64,000 bases of DNA from an uncultured Coriobacteriaceae bacterium (GCA_902793195.1 CADBCS010000002.1:90041-154040); one strand, 5' to 3'. Shown: positions 37,110 through 46,890, counted from the first letter of the stretch. A program made the numbers and translations. The notes: a model not told the origin generated them from the sequence alone.

Positions 37110-38156
37110 ATGGCAACAATGGCTCGCAATTCTCGTTTGGGCGTCTCGCTCTTGCGCATGATGGGTGTCACCTTGCTGCTCGCGGCGTTTGCGATGGTCT
37201 CCATGCCCCCGTGCGTGGCCTGTGCCCGCACTCCCACCACGCCTCAAAAGCCGCAGATCACGATCTATCGTGCAGCAACGGGCGTGCTCACGCTCAAGGA
37301 AGGATCGACGTACCACCTTAACGGTACGCCCACCGAGGGAGACGTCTGGTACACGTCGTCCGACCCAGACGTCGTGAGCATAGCGTCGTACGACCTGCTC
37401 AAGGCAGAGGGTGTTGGAACCGCAACGGTTACGGTTCATGCGGACAATCGGGGGGCGACGAACGAGAAGACGGTCCGGGTGACCGTGGTCAAGTCCAGCG
37501 ACTACAAGAGCGTTAAGAGCATTTCCGCACAGCTGGCACGTGAGCGTTTGGGTGTTGGGCAGTCGACGCGCGTGCGCGTGGTGTTTGAGCCATGGGACGC
37601 CTCAAACAAGAACGTCACCATGCAGTCGGACAACATCAAGGTCGCGTCCGTGAAGGCCGACGGCACCGTTGTCACGCGAAGCGTGGGCACGGCGCAGATC
37701 ACCGTCAAGAGCTGCAGCAACGATTACGCGCAGGCCACGGTGAGGGCCACGGTGGGGGAGAAGTCCTCCAAGGACGACGAGACGAATTCCGCGCTGCAGA
37801 GCCTTGGGGGATGGTGGCAGTCCGGGGGTTCCTCGGGCATGGACTGGTGGCACATCGTAGGCAGCAAGCTCTATATGTACGGCTACCAGGGCGCGCCGAC
37901 CTTCCAGGGAAAGTGCGACATAAGCCTGACTCGCTTTGAAAAGTCGCAGTCGAGCTTCCTCACCGACGATGGCTACCAGCTCCGCTACACCTTGGACGAC
38001 GGTCGGCAGGCGTCGTTTATCTACTACGACGATTCCCACGACTTCCTTACGTGCGCGAATCTTGATGGCAGTGGCTACAGCGGAAGCTCGAGCAGGATTC
38101 GCGTTCAGAATCCACCCTCCAAGCTCGTGGCGTTCGCAAGAAACAAAGAGGGATAG
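37110..38156 (+). CDS. secreted protein with two Big_2 (bacterial Ig-like) domains
   Basis: Signal peptide, then WYTSSDPDVVSI...GVGTATVTV and SDNIKVASV...VGTAQITV, both Big_2 hallmarks. Confidence 0.65.
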   Translation: MATMARNSRLGVSLLRMMGVTLLLAAFAMVSMPPCVACARTPTTPQKPQITIYRAATGVLTLKEGSTYHLNGTPTEGDVWYTSSDPDVVSIASYDLLKAEGVGTATVTVHADNRGATNEKTVRVTVVKSSDYKSVKSISAQLARERLGVGQSTRVRVVFEPWDASNKNVTMQSDNIKVASVKADGTVVTRSVGTAQITVKSCSNDYAQATVRATVGEKSSKDDETNSALQSLGGWWQSGGSSGMDWWHIVGSKLYMYGYQGAPTFQGKCDISLTRFEKSQSSFLTDDGYQLRYTLDDGRQASFIYYDDSHDFLTCANLDGSGYSGSSSRIRVQNPPSKLVAFARNKEG

Positions 38157-38167
38157 AACGTCACTTG

Positions 38168-38231
38168 CCCGTCGGGGACGGTCCCTTCCGGACGGTGACC
38201 AGCCGGAGGGGACGGTCCCCGACGGACGGCT
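38168..38231. repeat. P-family inverted dimer
   Basis: CCCGTCGGGGACGGTCCCTTCCGG, an 11-nt spacer, then CCGGAGGGGACGGTCCCCGACGG, between convergent genes. Confidence 0.85.
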
Positions 38232-38232
38232 G

Positions 38233-38604
38233 CTACCAGCGGACGTTGTCGACCGTCGCCCCAAACGGGAAGAGCGACAGCTTGGCCAGCTTGAACAGCT
38301 GCATTCCAAACGGGATGCCAATAACGGTGATGCAGAAGAGAGCCCCTGCGACCGCATAGGCAAGCGCCTCCCAAAAGCCGATGACGATCACCCATACGAT
38401 GTTGGCGAGGAGGGAGGGGATGCCTCCGCCGTAGGTGATGGTCTTGCCAAACGGGGTGAGCGTGAGCGAGGCCATCTTGAACGCCTGGCGTCCCAGTGGG
38501 ATACCGATTATCGTTATGTAGAACAGGATGCCGGCGAAGGCCCAGCCAAGCGCGGTGAGCAGTCCGCCAAAGACGAGCCATATGATGTTGCCGATCGTGC
38601 GCAT
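38233..38604 (-). CDS. yccF: YccF-domain (DUF307) inner membrane protein
   Basis: Two repeats of the ITIIGIPLG/ITVIGIPFG motif, 123 aa. AAGGAG before ATG 38604. Confidence 0.7.
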   Translation of the reverse strand: MRTIGNIIWLVFGGLLTALGWAFAGILFYITIIGIPLGRQAFKMASLTLTPFGKTITYGGGIPSLLANIVWVIVIGFWEALAYAVAGALFCITVIGIPFGMQLFKLAKLSLFPFGATVDNVRW

Positions 38605-38639
38605 GCCACTCTCCTTGCCGTAGGTTGCGAAGCGTTGGG

Positions 38640-39467
38640 CTATTCGGCGCCCGTGTCGGAAGCGTCCTCGTCGGTATGGCCGAGTAACACGTCGGGGGCG
38701 TTGTTGCGCGTGTAGGGGGACACGGCGCGCAGCGCGGCGTCGCGCGCCTCGCGGGCATGCGTGACGTCCTCGAGGACAAAGCGCATCGTTGCCCACGTGC
38801 CGTATTCGCCAATCTGGGTCAGCAGGATCCAGGGATCCTTCTCCAAAGGCGCCACCTTCTCCACCGCCTCCTTGGCAAGACGCTCCATCTCGGCGATCAT
38901 GACGTCGAGGTCGCGCCCGTCGTTGGTAAACGAGAGCGGTGTGGCGACCAGAAGGCTGGGGTAGACCTGCGTGACCGTGGAGGCACCCATGGTGGCGTTG
39001 GGTATGAGGTGGAACCTGTTCTCGAAATCCTTAACCACCGTCTGGCGCCACGTCACGTCCTGGACGATACCCTCCACGCCCTCGACGATCACGTGGTCCC
39101 CGGGCTTTACGATGCCCATGAGCGTAACCTGAAGACCGCCGATAAAGTTCTTCACGGTGTCCTGCATGCCCAGCGAGAGGGCGACGCCGCCGATGCCGAC
39201 CGCGGCAAGAAGGCCGTTGACGTCGACCCTAAAGCATGCCGAAAGCACGGTGGAGATGCCCAAGACCCAAATGGCGGCGCGCACGATGTTGATGAGAATG
39301 CTGCTCGAGGGCAGTGGGTTGCCGTCGGACTGCATAACGTTGCGCAGCACCTTTACGGTGATGCGGGACACCACAAACGTTGCGACGAGCATGAGCGCCG
39401 CAATGACGATGAGGACGACGGTGTCGCCGCCGGCGAAGCCCTGCACGGATTGCGTGAACGTGTCCAT
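38640..39467 (-). CDS. small-conductance mechanosensitive channel (MscS family)
   Basis: TM3-like GIGGVALSLGMQDTVKNFIGG followed by a beta-domain (GDHVIVEGVEGIVQDV). Confidence 0.75.
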   Translation of the reverse strand: MDTFTQSVQGFAGGDTVVLIVIAALMLVATFVVSRITVKVLRNVMQSDGNPLPSSSILINIVRAAIWVLGISTVLSACFRVDVNGLLAAVGIGGVALSLGMQDTVKNFIGGLQVTLMGIVKPGDHVIVEGVEGIVQDVTWRQTVVKDFENRFHLIPNATMGASTVTQVYPSLLVATPLSFTNDGRDLDVMIAEMERLAKEAVEKVAPLEKDPWILLTQIGEYGTWATMRFVLEDVTHAREARDAALRAVSPYTRNNAPDVLLGHTDEDASDTGAE

Positions 39468-39569
39468 CTGGTTGACCTCCTCTTGCAGTGGGCCTTCATC
39501 CAAGACAACAACCTGCCCCTTGGGCCTCAGCCCACGGGGGAACTGCCTATTCTAGAGGCATTCCGTTCC

Positions 39570-40454
39570 TTAGTCGAGGTACTTCTCTCGCAGGGCGTCG
39601 CGACCTTCCTCGCTCACGCCAAGCTCCTGGTTCACGAAGCCCCACACCGAGCCATAGGTCTTGCGCAGGTACGCCATCGCGTTTGCCATGGTGGCGGCAA
39701 ACACCTTGTCCATGCCCAGCATGTAGGTGTCGAGGTCCTCCTGTGCGATGCCCGCGTGCAGCAACCCCATCTTCTCGCGCTCTATGATGGCCGTGTTGAA
39801 CTGGTTGGTGAGCAGGTAGTCGAACAGGATGGTCTCGTCGTTTACGCCCAGCGTGTTGAGAATGAGCATGGCTGCCAGGCCGGTTCGGTCCTTGCCTTGG
39901 GTGCAGTGGAACAGAAGCGCCTCGTCGCCCGGCTGGGCAAGCAGATGCTCGAACACCGTGGCGAAGCCCCGCTTGCCGCAGTCGTCGCTCAGGAATTCCA
40001 CGTACATGTTCTCGCTCACGATGCCCATACGAACGCCCATAATAATCGCCTGCAAGGTCGTGACCTCGCCACCAAGGGCCTCCATCTCCTGCTCCATGTC
40101 TGCGACCATCTTGTCCTCGTTGAGGATGGGCACGTGGACCGTCGTGGCAAAGTCGATGGCGGTGGGAATCTCCTCGACTGCCGGAGGATTGAGCATCAGC
40201 TCGATGCTCAGGGGGGTCCCGCTGGCTGCCTGCGCGATTTCGAATCTCGTGCGGAAGTCCAGGACCTTGGAGAGACGGAACTCGTCACGTAGCTTGCAGC
40301 AGTCGTCTGGGGACGCGTTGTTGGGCGCGGCGGTGCGCAGCAAAACGCCGCGACGGACCGTTCTGCCGTCCTCGGTCCTGTATCCGCCCAGCTCTCGGGC
40401 GTTGCCCACGCCCGCAAGGCCTATGGATTGGCTTTCTTTGCTGTAGTTGGCCAT
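39570..40454 (-). CDS. protein-tyrosine phosphatase (Y_phosphatase3 family)
   Basis: HCTQGKDRTG CX5R active-site loop. GVGNARELGG N-terminal motif. Confidence 0.75.
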   Translation of the reverse strand: MANYSKESQSIGLAGVGNARELGGYRTEDGRTVRRGVLLRTAAPNNASPDDCCKLRDEFRLSKVLDFRTRFEIAQAASGTPLSIELMLNPPAVEEIPTAIDFATTVHVPILNEDKMVADMEQEMEALGGEVTTLQAIIMGVRMGIVSENMYVEFLSDDCGKRGFATVFEHLLAQPGDEALLFHCTQGKDRTGLAAMLILNTLGVNDETILFDYLLTNQFNTAIIEREKMGLLHAGIAQEDLDTYMLGMDKVFAATMANAMAYLRKTYGSVWGFVNQELGVSEEGRDALREKYLD

Positions 40455-40511
40455 GTCGTGTCCTCTCTCCGTACGTCCTAGGAGTCCATGATAGACGAAA
40501 TGCCCAACAGT

Positions 40512-40572
40512 CAAAAAGGGACGGTCCCTTCCGGGCGGTACTGGTCCATCGGGGACGGTCCCTTCCGGACGG
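40512..40572. repeat. P-family units x2 in a divergent promoter region
   Basis: AAAAAGGGACGGTCCCTTCCGGG and CCATCGGGGACGGTCCCTTCCGGACGG. Confidence 0.8.
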
Positions 40573-40692
40573 TCGGGCGCCGCCTTTTGCGTGCGTGCCG
40601 TTAGACACATCTGTGATGTTGGCGCACGGGCGGTACGGTACAATGATTTCACCTCTTACGACTGCACCACACATAGAAGAAGGGAAGTACAC

Positions 40693-42048
40693 ATGGCGGA
40701 TCAAACAAGCAATGCCCCCGAAGGTGCGAGCACTCCTGCGAGCCCGGGCAAGAAACCACTCGTGCCCGTCCTCATAGGCCTTCTTGTGGTGGCCGTGGGC
40801 GTAATCGTCTTCCTGGTCGTGAGCAACACCAAGGCACAGGTCGAGGTACCGGACATCATCTACGAAGAGCATGCCAAGGCGGAGACCGTGCTCGCCGAGG
40901 CCGGTCTTAAGCTCGGCAAGGTCACGGAGCGTGCGGAGGAGGGCGTCCAGTTTGGCGACATCGTCCTGGAGACGTCCCCAAAGGTCGGCGAGAAGGTCAA
41001 CGAGGGATCGACCGTCGACATCGTGGTGAGCACGGGCCCCAAGCTCACCGACGAGGTGGAGGTTCCCGACCTCAAGGGTCTTACGCCCTCCGAGGCCGAG
41101 CAGAAGCTCTTTGACGCCCTGTTCATCCCGCAGCCGGGCGATCAGGTCTATTCCAACGACGTCGAGGCCGGCAAGGTGTGTGCGCAGTCGGTGAAGGCGG
41201 GGACGAAGGTCAAGGTGCTGAGCACCATCACCTACAGCGTTAGCCTGGGCAAGGAGCAGGTGGAGGTTCCCAACGTCGCTGGCAAGACCTTGGACGAGGC
41301 GCGCGGGGAGCTCGACAAGGCTGGCCTGAGCGTGGACACCATCAAGTCCTATAGCGACAAGGTCGGCAAGGACAAGGTCATCAGCCAGGACAGGAAGGCG
41401 GGTGACAAGGTCGCCAAGGGCACGACCGTAACGCTCGAGATCTCGATGGGCGCCAAGCCGGCCACGAAGGTTCTCGTTCCTGTTATCTACTCCTACGACC
41501 TCGATGATGCCATTCGTGCCATCGAGAGCGCGGGGCTCAAGTACAGGTGGTCGGGCGACGAGGACGGCACGGTCGTCTCGATCAAGCCGGCTCCCAACAC
41601 GCAGGTGGACCAGGGCTCCACGGTTGAGTTCGTGCTCAGGAACCCGAACAACTCCCAGCCCACGACCCAGTCCCAAAACAACAGCAATGACGGTGGCAAC
41701 AACAGCACCTCGGGAGGAACCAACAACTCGAGCGACGGCAATGTCCCGGACGACGACGGCGACGAGGAGGAGAACGTCCCCATGTACTCCAAGGAGGAGT
41801 GCATGCAGACCGCCTTCAACATCATGGGTGCCGGCGGTGCCGCCACGGGCGACCCCGACAACATCAACGTTGACGGCCCCACCGATGGCGGTGGCACGGT
41901 GTACTACACGGTTTCGTTCGACTTGGGCGAGGCGCACTGCAGCATCATGGTCGACGCGGTGTCGAACAGCGTCATTAGCGGCGACATGCAGGTTGGCGAC
42001 GTTACGTACCTCATTGACAGCAACGGAAACCAGACCATCGCAGAGTAG
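40693..42048 (+). CDS. membrane-anchored protein with four PASTA repeats and a PepSY-like C-terminal domain; no kinase or transpeptidase domain
   Basis: TM segment, then four roughly 65-aa repeats starting VEVP[DN].., a low-complexity N/S/G/D linker, and a C-terminal YYTVSFDLGEAHCSIMVDAVSNSV. Confidence 0.7.
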   Translation: MADQTSNAPEGASTPASPGKKPLVPVLIGLLVVAVGVIVFLVVSNTKAQVEVPDIIYEEHAKAETVLAEAGLKLGKVTERAEEGVQFGDIVLETSPKVGEKVNEGSTVDIVVSTGPKLTDEVEVPDLKGLTPSEAEQKLFDALFIPQPGDQVYSNDVEAGKVCAQSVKAGTKVKVLSTITYSVSLGKEQVEVPNVAGKTLDEARGELDKAGLSVDTIKSYSDKVGKDKVISQDRKAGDKVAKGTTVTLEISMGAKPATKVLVPVIYSYDLDDAIRAIESAGLKYRWSGDEDGTVVSIKPAPNTQVDQGSTVEFVLRNPNNSQPTTQSQNNSNDGGNNSTSGGTNNSSDGNVPDDDGDEEENVPMYSKEECMQTAFNIMGAGGAATGDPDNINVDGPTDGGGTVYYTVSFDLGEAHCSIMVDAVSNSVISGDMQVGDVTYLIDSNGNQTIAE

Positions 42049-42073
42049 GGCAGAGCCTACACGCGAGTTTCTG

Positions 42074-42112
42074 GGCACTCCTCCAGCGCAAGGCGCCGGG
42101 GGAGTGCCTTTT
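42074..42112 (+). terminator. intrinsic terminator after the PASTA gene
   Basis: GGCACTCC ... GGAGTGCC followed by TTTT. Confidence 0.6.
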
Positions 42113-42177
42113 GAACGACGCGCTGTGCGAGTTGTGCAGGTTTCGTGGTATGGATACGCCCGGCTGGGAGTAAACGA

Positions 42178-42206
42178 TTGACAAGTTTTCCTAGGGGGCG
42201 TAGTAT
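42178..42206 (+). promoter_or_regulatory. putative sigma-70-type promoter of the tRNA-tuf operon
   Basis: TTGACA, a 17-nt spacer, then TAGTAT, about 55 nt upstream of tRNA-Tyr. Confidence 0.55.
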
Positions 42207-42260
42207 CCCTTTTGCTTGAAGGAGGAACGTACTTCCGACGAGTGCTTGAAAACGGAAAAT

Positions 42261-42347
42261 GGGGATGTGGCACAGCGGCAACTGCGGCGGACTGTAAATC
42301 CGCTCCCTCTGGGTTCCCTGGTTCGAGGAGTCCAAGCATCCCCACCA
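42261..42347 (+). tRNA. tRNA-Tyr (anticodon GUA), class II with long variable arm; T arm atypical
   Basis: GGGGATG/CATCCCC acceptor, 3-bp D stem, GCGGA-CTGTAAA-TCCGC anticodon arm, encoded ACCA. The T region CCTGG-TTCGAGGAGT-CCAAG has a 10-nt loop and one mismatch. Confidence 0.7.
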
Positions 42348-42350
42348 TTC

Positions 42351-42426
42351 GCCCGTGTAGCTCAGTCGGTAGAGCACCTCGTTGGTAACGAGGAGGCCAC
42401 CAGTTCAAGTCTGGTCGCGGGCTCCA
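42351..42426 (+). tRNA. tRNA-Thr (anticodon GGU)
   Basis: Canonical cloverleaf by hand: CCTCG-TTGGTAA-CGAGG anticodon arm, ACCAG-TTCAAGT-CTGGT T arm, encoded CCA. Confidence 0.85.
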
Positions 42427-42446
42427 TTTTTCAAGCAGTACACCAT

Positions 42447-42523
42447 GCCGGTGTAGCTCAGTTGGTTAGAGCACGCGGCTCATACCCGCGATGTCACTGG
42501 TTCGAGTCCAGTCACCGGTACCA
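42447..42523 (+). tRNA. tRNA-Met (anticodon CAU; elongator-type, Ile2 not excluded)
   Basis: CGCGG-CTCATAC-CCGCG anticodon arm, ACTGG-TTCGAGT-CCAGT T arm, G1-U72 wobble, encoded CCA. Confidence 0.75.
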
Positions 42524-42605
42524 GAGTTTATGCGGCGCTTCGGCGCCGCTGAACATATGAAGGGCATTAACTGGCCGAAAAGGTTGTGTCTTAAGGAGGA
42601 CGTCA

Positions 42606-43811
42606 ATGGCCAAACAGAAGTTCGAGCGTAGTAAGCCGCATGTTAACATCGGTACGATTGGTCACGTCGACCACGGCAAGACCACGCTCACCGCAGCAAT
42701 CACCAAGGTTCTTTCGCAGACCGAGGGCTGCAAGGCCGACTTTACTGCGTTCGACCAGATCGACAAGGCTCCCGAGGAGCGTCAGCGCGGCATCACCATC
42801 TCCGTTGCTCACGTAGAGTACGAGACGCAGGAGCGTCACTATGCTCACGTTGACTGCCCGGGTCACGCCGACTACATCAAGAACATGATTTCCGGTGCTG
42901 CCCAGATGGACGGCGCAATCCTGGTTATCGCCGCCACCGACGGCCCCATGGCTCAGACGCGCGAGCACATCCTTCTCGCCCGTCAGGTCGGCGTTCCCTA
43001 CATCATCGTCTTCCTGAACAAGTGCGACATGGTTGACGACGAGGAGCTCATCGAGCTCGTCGAGATGGAGACCCGTGAGCTCCTCGACGAGTACGACTTC
43101 CCCGGCGACGATCTCCCCATCGTCAAGGGCTCCGCTCTCAAGGCCCTCGAGGGCGACGAGAGCTACTACGACGCCATCCTCGAGCTCATGCACGAGGTTG
43201 ACACCTACATCCCCACGCCCGCTCGCGACAACGAGAAGCCGTTCCTCATGGCCGTCGAGGACGTCATGACCATTTCCGGCCGCGGCACCGTTGCCACCGG
43301 TCGTGTCGAGCGCGGTCAGCTGACCCTCAACTCCCCGGTCGAGATCGTCGGCATCAAGGAGACCCAGAACTCCGTCGCCACCGGCATCGAGATGTTCCGT
43401 AAGTCCATGGACTACTGTGAGGCCGGCGACAACGTGGGCATCCTGCTCCGCGGCATCAAGCGCGAGCAGATCGAGCGCGGCCAGGTCATCTGCAAGCCCG
43501 GCTCCGTTACCCCGCACAACAAGTTCACGGGCGAGATCTACGTCCTCACCAAGGAGGAGGGTGGCCGCCACACGCCGTTCTTCTCTGGCTATCGTCCGCA
43601 GTTCTACTTCCGCACCACCGACGTCACGGGCGACATCCAGGAGCTCACCGACGCCAACGGCGGCAAGGTCGAGATGGCCATGCCTGGTGACCACATCACC
43701 ATCACCGCTGAGCTCATCCACCCGATCGCCATGGAGCAGGGCCTCCGCTTCGCTATCCGCGAGGGTGGCCACACGGTCGGCGACGGTCGTGTCTCCACGA
43801 TCATTGCCTAG
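42606..43811 (+). CDS. tuf: translation elongation factor Tu
   Basis: [28 protein letters not shown]..., [12 protein letters not shown]. Confidence 0.95.
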   Translation: MAKQKFERSKPHVNIGTIGHVDHGKTTLTAAITKVLSQTEGCKADFTAFDQIDKAPEERQRGITISVAHVEYETQERHYAHVDCPGHADYIKNMISGAAQMDGAILVIAATDGPMAQTREHILLARQVGVPYIIVFLNKCDMVDDEELIELVEMETRELLDEYDFPGDDLPIVKGSALKALEGDESYYDAILELMHEVDTYIPTPARDNEKPFLMAVEDVMTISGRGTVATGRVERGQLTLNSPVEIVGIKETQNSVATGIEMFRKSMDYCEAGDNVGILLRGIKREQIERGQVICKPGSVTPHNKFTGEIYVLTKEEGGRHTPFFSGYRPQFYFRTTDVTGDIQELTDANGGKVEMAMPGDHITITAELIHPIAMEQGLRFAIREGGHTVGDGRVSTIIA

Positions 43812-43834
43812 TCTGTAGGTAAAGACTAACAGGT

Positions 43835-43869
43835 GGGCCCGGCACCGCGTGGTGCTGGGCCTGCTTTTT
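43835..43869 (+). terminator. intrinsic terminator after tuf
   Basis: GGGCCCGGCACC-GCGT-GGTGCTGGGCC followed by TGCTTTTT. Confidence 0.7.
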
Positions 43870-43915
43870 GCCTGTATACGAAGTTATGACGTGATAGGGA
43901 AATTTTAATTCTGAG

Positions 43916-43944
43916 TTGACAGCAGCCGTCACACAGAGTAACGT
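43916..43944 (+). promoter_or_regulatory. putative promoter of rpmG
   Basis: TTGACA, a 17-nt spacer, then TAACGT, in a locally AT-rich spacer. Confidence 0.45.
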
Positions 43945-43974
43945 AAATCATCGCGTCACGTTAGAGGAGGATAC

Positions 43975-44124
43975 ATGCGCACACTGGTTACTCTCGCGTG
44001 CACCGAGTGCAAGCGTCGCAACTACACTATAAAGAAGAACAAGGCAAACAATCCCGAGCGGCTGGAAATGAAGAAATATTGCCGGTGGTGCCGCAAGCAT
44101 ACTGCTCACAAGGAAACGCGCTAA
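43975..44124 (+). CDS. rpmG: 50S ribosomal protein L33 (49 aa; below the ORF-track size cutoff)
   Basis: Hand translation: [59 protein letters not shown]. Conserved position before secE. Confidence 0.9.
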   Translation: MRTLVTLACTECKRRNYTIKKNKANNPERLEMKKYCRWCRKHTAHKETR

Positions 44125-44139
44125 AATAGTTTCCTACAC

Positions 44140-44215
44140 ACGCCAGTAGTTCAATTGGTAGAGCAGCGGTCTCCAAAACCGCGTGTTGAGGGTTCGAGTC
44201 CTTCCTGGCGTGCCA
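44140..44215 (+). tRNA. tRNA-Trp (anticodon CCA)
   Basis: ACGCCAG/CTGGCGT acceptor, GCGGT-CTCCAAA-ACCGC anticodon arm, GAGGG-TTCGAGT-CCTTC T arm, encoded GCCA. Confidence 0.85.
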
Positions 44216-44223
44216 GTACATTC

Positions 44224-44254
44224 ACCGGCTTTCCCGTAAGGGATAGCCGGTTTC
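44224..44254 (+). terminator. hairpin plus short T-tract after tRNA-Trp (terminator or processing site before secE)
   Basis: ACCGGCTTTCCC-GTAA-GGGATAGCCGGT followed by TTCT. Confidence 0.45.
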
Positions 44255-44287
44255 TATGATAAGGGGTATTTCCGAGAGGAACACAGG

Positions 44288-44677
44288 ATGGCAAAACGGC
44301 AGCGCAACAAAAGATCGGCTCGCAAGGCGCGTCAGCAAGAGCGTGCCCGCGTAGAGGCCGCGCGTGAGGTGTCGGGTGCAAACCCGCAAGACGACTCCCG
44401 TAAGTCTTTGTTCAAGAAGTCCAAGAACACGGGCCGCAAGGCGACCAAGAACATTGTCGTGGACAAGACCGAGCGCACCGGCTTTGGCAAGGTGACTGGT
44501 TACTTTAGCGACGTCCGTAGCGAGATGCACATGGTCACGTGGCCGTCTCGCACGGAGCTGCGTAACTACTCGCTGGCCGTCATCGTTACGCTCATCGTGT
44601 TTGGCGTTGCTATTTGGCTTGTCGACACGGGCTTCGTTGCCGCGCTCGTGCAGTTTACCAGCCTGAGGCAGGGATAG
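44288..44677 (+). CDS. secE: preprotein translocase subunit SecE (long basic N-terminal extension)
   Basis: C-terminal [22 protein letters not shown] segment is the SecE core. Lies directly before nusG. Confidence 0.85.
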   Translation: MAKRQRNKRSARKARQQERARVEAAREVSGANPQDDSRKSLFKKSKNTGRKATKNIVVDKTERTGFGKVTGYFSDVRSEMHMVTWPSRTELRNYSLAVIVTLIVFGVAIWLVDTGFVAALVQFTSLRQG

Positions 44678-44679
44678 CG

Positions 44680-45222
44680 ATGGCGAAGCGCTGGTACGTC
44701 GTCCATACCTACTCTGGGTACGAGAACAAGGTCAAGACCGACCTTGAGCATCGTATCGAGACGTACGGGGTGGAGGACCTCATCGTAGACATCCAGATTC
44801 CCACCGAGGAAGTTACCGAGATCAAGGATGGCGGCAAGTACGATACCAAGGAATCCAAGGTGTTCCCCGGCTATGTGCTCGTGCGCATGGAGATGAACGA
44901 CGACACCTGGACCATCGTGCGCAACACGGCCGGTGTCACGGGCTTCGTGGGTGTTGACGGCAAGCCGTCCCCGCTGCGTCGTTCGGAGTACAACAAGATC
45001 ATGCATCGCGGGTCTCGTGGCAGCAGCGCCACTCCCAAGCGCATGGCAACCAACCTCGAGGTGGGACAGTCGGTGCGCGTCGTGTCCGGCCCGCTTGCCG
45101 ACTTCGACGGTCTGGTGTCCGAGGTCAACCCCGAGGCAAGCAAGGTCAAGGTCATGCTCACGATCTTTGGCCGCGAGACGCCCGTGGAACTAACCATCGA
45201 CCAAGTCTCGATCATCAGCTAG
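44680..45222 (+). CDS. nusG: transcription termination/antitermination factor NusG
   Basis: [18 protein letters not shown] (NGN domain) and a C-terminal KOW ([16 protein letters not shown]). Confidence 0.92.
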   Translation: MAKRWYVVHTYSGYENKVKTDLEHRIETYGVEDLIVDIQIPTEEVTEIKDGGKYDTKESKVFPGYVLVRMEMNDDTWTIVRNTAGVTGFVGVDGKPSPLRRSEYNKIMHRGSRGSSATPKRMATNLEVGQSVRVVSGPLADFDGLVSEVNPEASKVKVMLTIFGRETPVELTIDQVSIIS

Positions 45223-45314
45223 CGAACCCTGCCAGTTCCGGTATCGGTGAGGATAGCTTCTCGGTCCTGGCACACACATAGTTAGAGTGTCCGTAGCACT
45301 ACAGGAGGAACCCA

Positions 45315-45740
45315 ATGGCCAAGCAAGTCACCCACTTCATCAAGCTCCAGATTCCTGCCGGTCAGGCAAACCCCGCGCCTCCCGTTGGTCCCGCGCTCGG
45401 TGCCGCCCAGGTCAACATCATGCAGTTCTGCACGGCCTTCAACAATGCCACCAAGGACAAGGCCGGCGACATCATCCCCGTGGAGATTACGGTCTACGAC
45501 GATCGTACGTTCACCTTCATCACCAAGACGCCTCCCGCGGCCCAGCTCATCAAGAAGGAGCTTGGTCTCAAGAGCGGCTCTGGCGTTCCCCAGCGCGACA
45601 AGGTTGGCCAGCTCACCCAGGAGCAGCTCACCAAGATCGCCGAGATCAAGATGCCCGACCTCAACGCCAACGACATCGAGGCCGCCAAGAAGATCGTTGC
45701 CGGCACCGCCCGCTCCATGGGCGTTACCATCGCTGACTAG
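45315..45740 (+). CDS. rplK: 50S ribosomal protein L11
   Basis: [21 protein letters not shown]... Confidence 0.95.
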   Translation: MAKQVTHFIKLQIPAGQANPAPPVGPALGAAQVNIMQFCTAFNNATKDKAGDIIPVEITVYDDRTFTFITKTPPAAQLIKKELGLKSGSGVPQRDKVGQLTQEQLTKIAEIKMPDLNANDIEAAKKIVAGTARSMGVTIAD

Positions 45741-45813
45741 TGTGTAAGGTTCCGCAAGGAACACAAGATAGTGGAAGGGCAATGCCCGTTCGCACCACAA
45801 GGAGGAAAGAGTC

Positions 45814-46518
45814 ATGTCTAAGCACGGAAAGAAGTACAAGGAGCAGCTTGCCAAGGTCGATCGCGCGAAGTTCTATACCCCCATGGAGGGTCTGAAGCTC
45901 GCTCAGGATATCTCGGCTGCCAAGTTCGACGAGACCGTAGAGGTCTCCATCCGCTTGGGTGTTGACACCCGCAAGGCCGATCAGAACGTCCGTGGTTCCA
46001 TCTCGCTGCCTCACGGCACCGGCAAGAGCGTGCGCGTGGCCGTGTTCGCCGAGGGCGAGAAGGCCCGTGAGGCCGAGGCAGCCGGCGCAGACATCGTTGG
46101 CTCCGACGACCTGGTGGCCCAGGTCCAGGCTGGCGAGCTCAATTTCGATGCCGCTATCGCCACGCCCAACATGATGGGCAAGGTTGGCCGTCTTGGCCGC
46201 ATCCTTGGCCCCCGCGGCCTCATGCCCAACCCCAAGCTCGGCACCGTTACCATGGACGTCGCCAAGATGGTCAATGAGCTCAAGGCCGGCCGCGTAGAGT
46301 ATCGCGCCGACCGTTACGGCATCTGCCACGTTCCCCTGGGCAAGGTTTCCTTCCCCACCGAGAAGCTTGCCGAGAACTACGGCGCCCTGTACACCGAGCT
46401 GCTGCGCGTCAAGCCGGCAAGCGCCAAGGGCCGCTATGTAAAGTCCGTCGTGGTCTCCACCACCATGGGGCCTGGCGTTCGCATCGACACGTCCATCAAC
46501 CGCGACTTTACCGCATAG
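45814..46518 (+). CDS. rplA: 50S ribosomal protein L1
   Basis: [34 protein letters not shown]... Confidence 0.95.
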   Translation: MSKHGKKYKEQLAKVDRAKFYTPMEGLKLAQDISAAKFDETVEVSIRLGVDTRKADQNVRGSISLPHGTGKSVRVAVFAEGEKAREAEAAGADIVGSDDLVAQVQAGELNFDAAIATPNMMGKVGRLGRILGPRGLMPNPKLGTVTMDVAKMVNELKAGRVEYRADRYGICHVPLGKVSFPTEKLAENYGALYTELLRVKPASAKGRYVKSVVVSTTMGPGVRIDTSINRDFTA

Positions 46519-46553
46519 GCAATCTGGCAAGACGCAAAGAGGATGCTCGAAGG

Positions 46554-46588
46554 GGCGGCAACCAGTGCGGTTGTCGCCTCATTTCTTT
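46554..46588 (+). terminator. hairpin plus T-rich tract after rplA
   Basis: GGCGGCAACC-AGTGC-GGTTGTCGCC followed by TCATTTCTTT. Confidence 0.5.
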
Positions 46589-46607
46589 GGCCCGGATGCG
46601 AAACTAG

Positions 46608-46669
46608 CCCAGAAGGGACCGTCCCCTACGGTGCAGTGCCGCCCAGAAGGGACCGTCCCCTACGGATGG
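46608..46669. repeat. P-family units, direct tandem pair, between rplA and the rplJ promoter
   Basis: CCCAGAAGGGACCGTCCCCTACGG occurs at 46608 and 46641. Confidence 0.85.
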
Positions 46670-46711
46670 TTCATCGAATTGTGGGGAACGATGGCGTGTC
46701 GCCGTTTTCGC

Positions 46712-46740
46712 TTGACACGCCTGCGGGGTACTGCCACAAT
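46712..46740 (+). promoter_or_regulatory. putative promoter of rplJ-rplL
   Basis: TTGACA, a 17-nt spacer, then CACAAT. Confidence 0.45.
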
Positions 46741-46746
46741 ACCAAC

Positions 46747-46890
46747 GTTTAATCGAATCGCACGTCCGCTGCCAAAGACAGCCGGTGCCGAAAGGCTTAA
46801 TGGGAAAACCCGCCTGCCGAGGTGGTCGATAGGTAGAACACCCCCTTAGGTGGCTCGTGCCAGAAGCATGCATAAGGGAGGTGTATTTTT
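46747..46890 (+). promoter_or_regulatory. rplJ 5-prime leader (candidate L10 autoregulatory leader)
   Basis: About 145-nt untranslated leader between the predicted promoter and the rplJ ATG. The call is by position only; structure not verified. Confidence 0.3.

Noticed and set aside
42531-42548. Hairpin GCGGCGC-TTCG-GCGCCGC between tRNA-Met and tuf as a terminator.
   Set aside because: There is no T-tract and tuf follows 58 nt later without an obvious promoter. It is more likely a tRNA processing or stability element within one transcript, so it is not listed as a terminator.
43875-43887. Exact 13-bp match to a loxP inverted-repeat arm (TATACGAAGTTAT) in the tuf-rpmG spacer.
   Set aside because: Only a single half-site. 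There is no 8-bp spacer plus second inverted arm upstream or downstream, no engineered-vector context and no cre-like gene. Most likely a chance match in a locally AT-rich spacer.
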